From: Macrostomum lignano
Lineage: Eukaryota
Reading direction: 5' to 3'
Assembly (NCBI GenBank): GCA_002269645.1
Contig: NIVC01000084.1
Coordinates: 806,001-870,000 of the forward strand
DNA: 64,000 nt
The notes beneath the pieces are model-generated. The model saw nothing but the letters and a program-made list of their open reading frames with translations, was not told the DNA's origin and did no database searches. The translations under genes were made by a program, and so were the position numbers. The first letter of the stretch is position 1, and every line of letters starts with the position of its first letter. Below, one piece after another: positions 54,283 to 64,000 of this stretch.

Positions 54283-54582
54283 ACCGATCAGTCCTCCTCA
54301 ACCGACGAGACGAGTGCGCTAAGTGGCGGCGGGACCGATCAGTCCTCCTCAACCGACGAGACGAGTGCGCTAAGTGGCGGCGGGACCGATCAGTCCTCCT
54401 CAACCGATGAGACGAGTGCGCTAAGTGGCGGCGGGACCGATCAGTCCTCCTCAACCAAGACGAGTGCGCTAAGTGGCGGCGGGACCGATCAGTCCTCCTC
54501 AACCGACGAGACGAGTGCGCTAAGTGGCGGCGGGACCGATCAGTCCTCCTCAACCAAGACGAGTGCGCTAAGTGGCGGCGGG
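54283..54582. repeat. 51/48-bp GC-rich tandem repeat, 6 copies
   Basis: ACCGATCAGTCCTCCTCAACCGACGAGACGAGTGCGCTAAGTGGCGGCGGG; two copies are 3 nt shorter. Confidence 0.93.
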
Positions 54583-55959
54583 ACAATAAAAAAAGGGGAG
54601 AAGCGAACAAAGCAGCAACCTTCTCGGAGCTCAAAGAGATCAAAGAGAAATGTTCGCGAAACCTAGACAGTTTTTTTTGTAATATCCCCCAGTCCGTGTA
54701 CTCGTATGCTGCTGCTAATAAGCATTACGGCTATTCGTTTTCGACTAATTGCAACTGCGTCAAACATGTGCCGGGATTAGTGTACGGGAATCAAAATATT
54801 TTTTTAATTGTTAAATGAATTGCTGTTCCATTGTTGAAACTGTTTAAATTCAACTAGATTACCTTTGCCTTACATTTTTTGCTCCACGTTAACTTTTGTT
54901 TGAATTTAATTTGGATGACATTGTTGTTCTTTCTCTTCATCAATACTCACACTGCATTTACTATGTATAGTGTGCTTTTGGTAATCTTTTTATGTTTTTC
55001 ACTGTTACGTTAAGTCGTTATATTGCATTCTCATACTGCTGTTTCCTTCTTTTTTCACTGCTACAAACTACTAGCCAATCAGCATCTTTTGCATTTACAG
55101 TGTTATAAATACACACCTAACAAACTGTTTCTCCCATTTTGTTACCCAGATCCACTACCAAACTCAAAACTCTTGAGAGAATTTTACCTTAACTTCTATT
55201 TGCTTTTAATCAGAAGTGAATAATTATTACAATGGGAAATTGTCAGCCTAAGCAATTTTCTTACAATAGGCAAATTAAACCATCAATTGTAACTTTTGGT
55301 AACTTTTGGGAGCTTCTCACCAGAAGCGAATGGAAACATCAATGGCAACTTTTGGGAACTTTTGGGAGCTTCTCAACAGAAACGAATGGAAACATCAATG
55401 GCAACTTTTGGTAACTCCCTATCCCCGTACGTGTAAAATTGAAATGGTAACTTTTGGTAACTTTTCTGCAAAAAGTTACCATATTCCGGCCCTCTGATTG
55501 GCTATGTGTGTAAATGTTTCCTAACGCATACGCCTTCCGATTGGCTGCGAGAATGGTAACTTTTTGGTAACTTTCATAGGCAAAAGTTCCTATAAATGTT
55601 TCCATAATTTTTCAACGGGTCTGTGGGTGACTGAGTGAAAATAGGTTTTGCCAGAAAAAATAAAAGTTTACTATAATTTTCAGATTATAGTAAAGCAATG
55701 AACCGTGTCGAATCATAAAAACAACACTAAACTTGATAGCTTGATACGCTCTACTAAAAATCTAGACAATTTCAATTATATTTTTTTGAGTATCAATATA
55801 GCTAAATAAACTTTACTAATTAGTTTATTTTCATTTCAAACTTGATTCATTCCGCTTCGTGTTCATCGTGCTGACTAATAAGAGCTAGCCTTGACTATTA
55901 TTAGCTTGTCGACTGCCTCGCTTCCATCGGCAGCTTCAGGCTTTTGAACTTCTTCGCCA

Positions 55960-57949
55960 TCAGCGTCTGTCGTCTTTGTTTTCGTCGTCGCCAACTTCGA
56001 CAATTCCAGATTCCCGCGGGTGTTTTTCGTCATTTTCCTGAGCGGATTGGTCGATTTCATCGACAGCGATAATATCTGACGGTCTGTCGGCAATCTCGGT
56101 GGTCTCAGCGGATGCTGCTGCTTCTTCAACGATTTTGTCTAATGCTCGGGCCTGAAAATGAACAATTAGGAAAGAATGAATTTACTGAGCTGCTGCTATG
56201 GGTATCGGCTTTCTGGGATGCGTTGGAAATGCATTACATATATACAGATGTGGCAGCTGCGACCGTTGCACACAGTCTTAAAACTGTGTATGTAATTGGT
56301 TCAACAACGCCCTTCTTGTGGCATTCAGACAATTTATAGCAGGTGTCGGCAAACTTTGGGGGAGAGATAAGAAAGAAAGAGATGAGAGATGACAGAAGAG
56401 AGGAGAGGTAAGAAGCGAGATGAGAGAGGCTATGAGCGATGAATGAAAAGAAAGGAGAGAAGAAGAGATTAGAGGAGATAAGAGATAAGAGGAAAGCTGG
56501 AGATGAGATAACTGAGAAGAGACACACCTTGAGCGGGACGGATTGCTATTCGAAAGCCACATTAGACACGTCTGATATCTACTATCTGACTACTTTATAC
56601 TAAACGCTAGTGATTCACCTCAGCCTCGCCAAAGACGAAATCCGTGGCTGTCTGACCCTCCGGCAGGCGCATATCCGGCGGTTCGTAGCCCCGTATGTAC
56701 TTGCACTTGAGCACCTCGGCCCAGGCCTTCTCAAACTCGCGCATTCGTCGTAGCCGCTCCTGCGGACTGACGCCCTCTTCGTCTAGCTCTTGAATGAGCG
56801 ACTGTCGATGCTTGTTGAAGTCTTCGGAGCGGAAATCGCGGCTGAGCCGTTTGCTGAGCTTCCGGACTCGTTCCCGCTGGCCTTCTTCGTTGTCGTCACC
56901 AGCCGTGGCAGCCGAAGTCGAGTCCTCATCGCTGCCCGTCGCGGTCGGCTGATCGCTTTGTGGATCCATCATCGATTTCTTTTTCATTTGGCGTCGATTC
57001 GACTGGCGGAATCGAACTTTGCCGCCATCTTCGAGGGAGCCTTCGTCCTGGGTCACCGTTTCGTCATCATCTTCAGCAACCTCCTTGTCAGGCTGTTGAT
57101 CCTCTTTAACTTCCGGCTTATTCTGCTTACGTCGTCTGACTCGGTACCGCCTGCGCTGGTGGCATTCGTCGAGTTTCTCCCGAGTCCATTGGCTTGCTGG
57201 GATCTCCCAGAATTTGATGGAGCGTCGTGTGGACTCAATCTGGCCAAGGATTCGTTGCATTGCCTGTAGAGACAAATTAGTGAGTTAATGAATTGGTGAG
57301 AAGACAAGCAGTAATGTCCATTCTCTTAGCCTCTGAGCAGGCAACTCTCATGGATTATGCCGTCTCTATAGCTAAAAATGTACACGCTTGAATCACAAAC
57401 TGTTGTCGTGCTTGTAAACTTCGATGCGTCGATAAAAAATGAATACTCGCTAGAGGGCTGTGGGGTACCCTGTCGCAACGCCTTGGGTGATATTGTCCCA
57501 CAACTAGCGCTAAGGAAATTCTGGCCATTCCTGCTGACTCCTGAGCACATAGAAGCGCGCCAATTACAACTGTACGAAGACGCGCACTCATACTCACGCT
57601 CACGCAGGGTGTACAGAAGCCCTGGCTTTCTAATTGTCAGGCATATACACTCTGTGTCTTAAGGTTTTGGCTTGTGAATCGCACGACAGCCTCCTTGCAC
57701 CAGTCCCAAAATGAACGTGGGGCCGCGCACTGAATCAAAGCAGCTGCATGGGATCATGGGCGCTTATCACTGAGCTGCTCTGACATTCAAGAATGCCAGA
57801 GTTAAGATGCGTTAGTAATATTATGATGTTTTTTCCTTGCGCATTTCTGCCAGAAATTCATCAACCTACATGGGCTTGCACAGCGTGTGCCAGGCCAAGT
57901 TGTTGCGTCACAAACGGTGACGCTTCGACCGACTGTTGCTGCTCCTGCT

Positions 57950-57980
<31 letters not shown>

Positions 57981-58780
57981 ACTCTCCGCCTCAGACCGAG
58001 CGCTCAACTCCTGCTCGAGCTCCTCGTAGAACAGTCGATCGGCATCCGTCTTGTCATCCGTGTACAAATCGCGCAGTCGGAGTACAGCTTTGGCGCCAAG
58101 CTTTGAGTCCGGCCGTCGAGTGACCTCCAGGTACTGGCGAAAATTCTGCTTTCGCTCGCGTTTAGCCGGGTAGATCAGCTGTTCGTTGAGGCGCACCTGC
58201 GGCTGCCTTGTCGGCATTTCAAAGCGCCAGTCATCCTCTTTGGCGTCCAGCGCTTTCCAGCGCTCGTAGCGGCGTACAAAGTCGTCACGGATTCGTCCTG
58301 ATTGCGTTTGAATGAACAAGTTAGATTTTCGTTTGGGTACTGCCGAGGTACTGTTTAAGGTACTTTGAGGCTCTTCTAATTCGCAGATGATGAATCCTAA
58401 GCTTCTCAATTAATAGATATTCACAGGAAGCTTACAAACAATCGTAAAAACTTACTAGGCTTATACTTGACCTCCTGAAGAAAGTTTCTATGCTTATTAA
58501 TCTCAACTTTTCGTTTCAGCTCGTCAAAACCGACCGTGTCGGCCTTCAAAAAGGCCTCCTCCTCTTCTTTGATATGCAGAGCCTGCATTCTCAGATCCAT
58601 GGTTTGCTCCTTGATCCTGGCCAGGGCCGCAATGCGCTGATTCTCCAGACCTGTCAAAGAGTTCATCAGCCTGACCTCGTCCGTGTACTTGTTTGTTCTC
58701 TGCTTGTAAAATCGGGCTCGCTCAGCTTTCTCCAACGCTTCTCGAACTCTCGGCAAATTTCTGGCCCGAACGTTGGCCAT
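55960..58780 (-). CDS. Uncharacterised highly charged coiled-coil protein with polyQ, about 562 aa
   Basis: Exons 58780-58456, 58396-57870, 57263-56619, 56151-55960 with GT-AG and matching phases. E/R/K/D-rich with a Q-rich tract. No family recognised. The start codon and the C-terminal frame are uncertain. Confidence 0.7.
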
Positions 58781-59380
58781 TCCGACAACTGCAGCTGGCT
58801 GGGGCTACTTTGGCTTTGGCAACAAAAGAACTGTTCGCTCCGCTCTGAGCTTGTAACCGCCGCAGGACTGCAATACCAGTCTATATAATTTCTGTTTATA
58901 GCCATCTCTTTTCTTCACTTCGACTGTTACGGTTATGCTGTATTGTCTTGTCTGGAGCTGTTGCTGCCGCTGCGGCTGGAACGAAAAGCGCACTAGCAAC
59001 GGGCAAGGACTCTGAAAGCAGCATTACTGGACTGGAAGCCATGCAGATAAAAACGAAATGTTTTCAGGAGGGCTTTGGGCAACCTGGTGCAACGTCTTCA
59101 GCGACATCGTCTCAGAACTTCACCGCTGACTCCTTGAGCATATACATGTATACACACTCACTCAGGGTGTGCAGCCGTCCTGACTTTCTAATCATCAGGC
59201 ATGTACACTTCTCTGTGCTTTGGGGATCGGCCCTCATGGCTGTGAATCTCATGGGGCGCTATCGCAAACCCTAAAAATCAGATTCTCTAAAAGCAACCTG
59301 CATCATAACCCTAAATATCACATTCTCTAAACTCGAAAACGCAGTCCTTGTAACTGCACAGTGTTTTTTAAGCTTTTAGA

Positions 59381-59548
59381 GAATGTGATATTTAGGGGTT
59401 ATGATACTTAGGGTCTGTGATGTGTCTTGTAAATGTGATATTTAGGGGTTATGACATTTAGGGTTTGTGATGTGTCTTGTAAATGTGATATTTAGGGGTT
59501 ATGACATTTAGGGTCTGTGATGTGTCTTGTAAATTTGATATTTAGGGG
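59381..59548. repeat. About 50-bp tandem repeat (about 3 copies) with an inverted partner at 59301-59331
   Basis: GTGATATTTAGGGGTTATGACATTTAGGGT(C/T)TGTGATGTGTCTTGTAAAT repeated. Confidence 0.8.
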
Positions 59549-60024
59549 CACTGCTTTGGCCCCTTGACCGCAGACCCTGTAGTCTACGCTCGTAGACTAT
59601 GCATAGGTGTTTATTTCTACAGCAGTGCAGAGAAGTTTACTATGAACTATGAGCTTTCTATAGTCCAGATTTTCTTTTGCAGACGTCCCTGACAACTGTA
59701 CTGCCGCAGCGCGAGACTGAGAAATATGCAGGGCTGCGACAGAGTGAGACAGAGACAGAGTGAGTGCTTTAAGCTGTGTTGCTCTCCCTGCCTTCGCTGC
59801 TTTAATGCCGATAATATTGCATAGAAGCTGCAATGCAGCTTTTCATCAATTCATGTTTCTGTACGGGGACTGTTGGCAGGTGGCAGGAGATATAATAAAC
59901 TTGGAACTAGCTTGCACTAAAACCAGTGTACGATGATTATGTACCACTTTCAGCTGGGTTTAAAATTAGATTTTTGCTTAGGTCATAATCTTTTCTGATA
60001 TATAGTGTTTTGCACACTGCTGCT

Positions 60025-61925
60025 GCCCCTGTCCTGATGCTTCAGTGCCTGCTGCTGCTCCTCCCCCGATGCTTCAGTGCCTGCTGCTGCCCCTCCCCCG
60101 ATGCTTCAGTGCCTGCTGCTGCTCCTCCCCGATGCTTCATGCTTCAGTGCCTGCTGCTGCCCCTCCCTGATGCTTCAGTGCCTGCTGCTGCCCCTCCCCC
60201 GATGCTTCAGTGCCTGCTGCTGCTCCTCCCCGATGCTTCAGTGCCTGCTGCTGCCCTCCCCTGATGCTTCAGTGCCTGCTGCTGCCCCTCCCCCGATGCT
60301 TCAGTGCCTGCTGCTGCCCCTCCCTTGATGCTTCAGTGCCTGCTGCTGCTCCTCCCCCGATGCTTCAGTGCCTGCTGCTGCCCCTCCCCTGATGCTTCAG
60401 TGCCTGCTGCTGCCCCTCCCCGATGCTTCAGTGCCTGCTGCTGCCCCTCCCCCGATGCTTCAGTGCCTGCTGCTGCTCCTCCCCCGATGCTTCAGTGCCT
60501 GCTGCTGCCCCTCCCCTGATGCTTCAGTGCCTGCTGCTGCCCCTCCCCCGATGCTTCAGTGCCTGCTGCTGCTCCTCCCCCGATGCTTCAGTGCCTGCTG
60601 CTGCCCCTCCCCTGATGCTTCAGTGCCTGCTGCTGCCCCTCCCCCGATGCTTCAGTGCCTGCTGCTGCCCCTCCCCCGATGCTTCAGTGCCTGCTACTGC
60701 TCCTCCCCCGATGCTTCAGTGCCTGCTGCTGCCCCTCCCCTGATGCTTCAGTGCCTGCTGCTGCCCTCCCCTGATGCTTCAGTGCCTGCTGCTGCCCCTC
60801 CCCCGATGCTTCAGTGCCTGCTGCTGCCCCTCCCCCGATGCTTCAGTGCCTGCTGCTGCCCCTCCCCCGATGCTTCAGTGCCTGCTGCTGCCCCTCCCCC
60901 GATGCTTCAGTGCCTGCTGCTGCCCCTCCCCCGATGCTTCAGTGCCTGCTGCTGCCCCTCCCCGATGCTTCAGTGCCTGCTGCTGCCCCTCCCCTGATGC
61001 TTCAGTGTCTGCTGCTGCCCCTCCCCCGATGCTTCAGTGCCTGCTGCTGCTCCTCCCCCGATGCTTCAGTGCCTGCTGCTGCCCCTCCCCCGATGCTTCA
61101 GTGCCTGCTGCTGCCCCTCCCCCGATGCTTCAGTGCCTGCTGCTGCTCCTCCCCCGATGCTTCAGTGCCTGCTGCTGCCCCTCCCCTGATGCTTCAGTGC
61201 CTGCTGCTGCCCCTCCCCCGATGCTTCAGTGCCTGCTGCTGCTCCTCCCCGATGCTTCAGTGCCTGCTGCTGCCCCTCCCCTGATGCTTCAGTGCCTGCT
61301 GCTGCCCCTCCCCCGATGCTTCAGTGCCTGCTGCTGCCCCTCCCCTGATGCTTCAGTGCCTGCTGCTGCCCCTCCCCCGATGCTTCAGTGCCTGCTGCTG
61401 CTCCTCCCCCGATGCTTCAGTGCCTGCTGCTGCCCCTCCCCTGATGCTTCAGTGTCTGCTGCTGCCCCTCCCCCGATGCTTCAGTGCCTGCTGCTGCCCC
61501 TCCCCTGATGCTTCAGTGCCTGCTGCTGCCCCTCCCCCGATGCTTCAGTGCCTGCTGCTGCTCCTCCCCCGATGCTTCAGTGCCTGCTGCTGCCCCTCCC
61601 CCGATGCTTCAGTGCCTGCTGCTGCCCCTCCCCCGATGCTTCAGTGCCTGCTGCTGCCCCTCCCCCGATGCTTCAGTGCCTGCTGCTGCTCCTCCCCCGA
61701 TGCTTCAGTGCCTGCTGCTGCCCCTCCCCCGATGCTTCAGTGCCTGCTGCTGCCCCTCCCCCGATGCTTCAGTGCCTGCTGCTGCTCCTCCCCCGATGCT
61801 TCAGTGCCTGCTGCTGCCCCTCCCCTGATGCTTCAGTGCCTGCTGCTGCCCCTCCCCCGATGCTTCAGTGCCTGCTGCTGCCCCTCCCCCGATGCTTCAG
61901 TGCCTGCTGCTGCCTGCTGCTGCTG
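60025..61925. repeat. 31-bp minisatellite (GATGCTTCAGTGCCTGCTGCTGCCCCTCCCC)n
   Basis: About 60 units. Confidence 0.96.
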
Positions 61926-62406
61926 CTGCTAAACCTGACAATTACCTAACAATGCGGCACAGTGTAATATTAAGTAGTCAGTTAAGGACATGCGCGTATG
62001 CGCGTGTTAAAGTTTGATAGTTTTCTTCCAACATTTTAAACAGAAAGTTGCCCTGCTCTGACTTTGCAACTATCTTTGCTAATCCGAACTCAATGACGTC
62101 ATTTTGCGTCATCAGCGGAATCGCTTATAGAATTTGTTTACGGATAACTTTTTTGCGCAGTAAAGGCTCGTTGTTCTCTAAGCTGTGCCAAACCGACTTC
62201 TTTCGCCCACGTGATCAGGAAGAGTGCGCCGTAATTGCTATATTTGGAGGCTCTGGTGAACTGCGATGACATCGAAACAAGGAACTTTGTTAATTTGCGT
62301 TGGTGCGAACTCTGTTGGCTGATCCTTGCTGCATAAACAATAAAATAAACCTGCAGTGCTCTTCACAGCGTTTTGTCGACGTTACATTTAAATACATCGA
62401 GCTAAT

Positions 62407-63118
<712 letters not shown>

Positions 63119-63639
63119 TCCCTCAGCACTCGGCAACCGCCCACGCAAAAGCAAAGGTTAGCTAGTGGACTAACAGAAATGATCAACAACTTTTGCCCCT
63201 AAATTTCCTACTCCCAAGATCGTGGAAAGTCAGGCCAATCGACCATCAGCCAAACGTTGATCCGCCCACGCACAGATTTTAACTGAGACTTTTTAGTCAA
63301 TTTTTTAATAGCCCCACCAGTGAGTCAGCCGGCTTTTCAAGGTGTGGCATCGGGCCTGCAGTCTGTAAGCTTTCGCTGACTCACGCAAAACCGCTTGAAG
63401 GAATTTTGAGTAAAAAAATGTCCAAGCAGAAGTGAAGTGGCATCGCTGCATTAGTCATTTTGTACTCAACTTTAGTTGGAAGGGACAGTTAAAAAAAGTA
63501 AGAAAATGTGATATAACCAACCCAGCAAATCCATTGCTTACAAACCAAATTTATAATTTAGTTACATCAAATTTTTATACACGTAATTCCTTATACCTTT
63601 TTGGAGGCACGAAGACTTAGCGCCCTCTTCTTCATCAAG

Positions 63640-64000
63640 GCGCCCCTTACTTTATCATGGCGCCCCTTCCCATGGCGCCCCTTCCCATGGCGCCCCTTCG
63701 TTCATCATGGCGCCTCTTCCTTCATCATGGCGCCCCTTCCTTCATCATGGCGCCCCTTCCTTTATCATGGCGCCCCTTCCTTCATCGAGGCATCCTTTCG
63801 TTCATCATGGCGCCGCTTCCTTCATCATGGCGCCCCTTCCTTCATCATGGCGCCCCTTCCTTCATCATGGCGCCCCTTCCCATGGCGCCCCTTCCTTCAT
63901 CATGGCGCCCCTTCCCATGGCGCCCCTTCCTTCATCATGGCGCCCCTTCCTTCATCATGGCGCCCCTTCCTTTATCATGGCGCCCCTTCCCATGGCGCCC
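63640..64000. repeat. 20-bp repeat (CATGGCGCCCCTTCCTTCAT)n, truncated by the window end
   Basis: Tandem array with 15-bp variants. Confidence 0.93.

Noticed and set aside
54283-54582. CRISPR-like regular repeats
   Set aside because: Head-to-tail units with no unique spacers, no cas genes, eukaryotic context.
57609-57650. SECIS element
   Set aside because: No correctly spaced ATGA/GA quartet with an apical AA on either strand.

Overview
Eukaryotic genomic DNA with spliceosomal introns. The microsatellite/minisatellite-stuffed introns and gene style resemble an invertebrate such as the flatworm Macrostomum, but the organism is an inference. The main feature is a complete, divergent Piezo mechanosensitive channel gene on the minus strand (47736 to 19590). 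I hand-assembled 24 phase-consistent coding exons (7962 nt, 2653 aa), including a GC-AG first coding intron and two symmetric micro-exons. Other genes are a GT32/DXD glycosyltransferase (-), a secreted LamG/ConA-like protein with a 10-nt first exon (+), a HAUS4 (augmin)-like gene (-), an orphan charged coiled-coil gene (-) and a small, apparently frameshifted secreted-peptide ORF (+). 20 of the 23 Piezo introns carry a tandem array, almost all with a different unit. One exon is flanked by the same minisatellite in inverted orientation, and one splice acceptor is built from a mutated repeat unit. There is also a tRNA-derived CORE-SINE, a Helitron-like 5' end and a possible degraded pogo-like transposon. 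Most long ORFs in the supplied track are translations of tandem repeats. No CRISPR array, rRNA or bona fide tRNA was seen.
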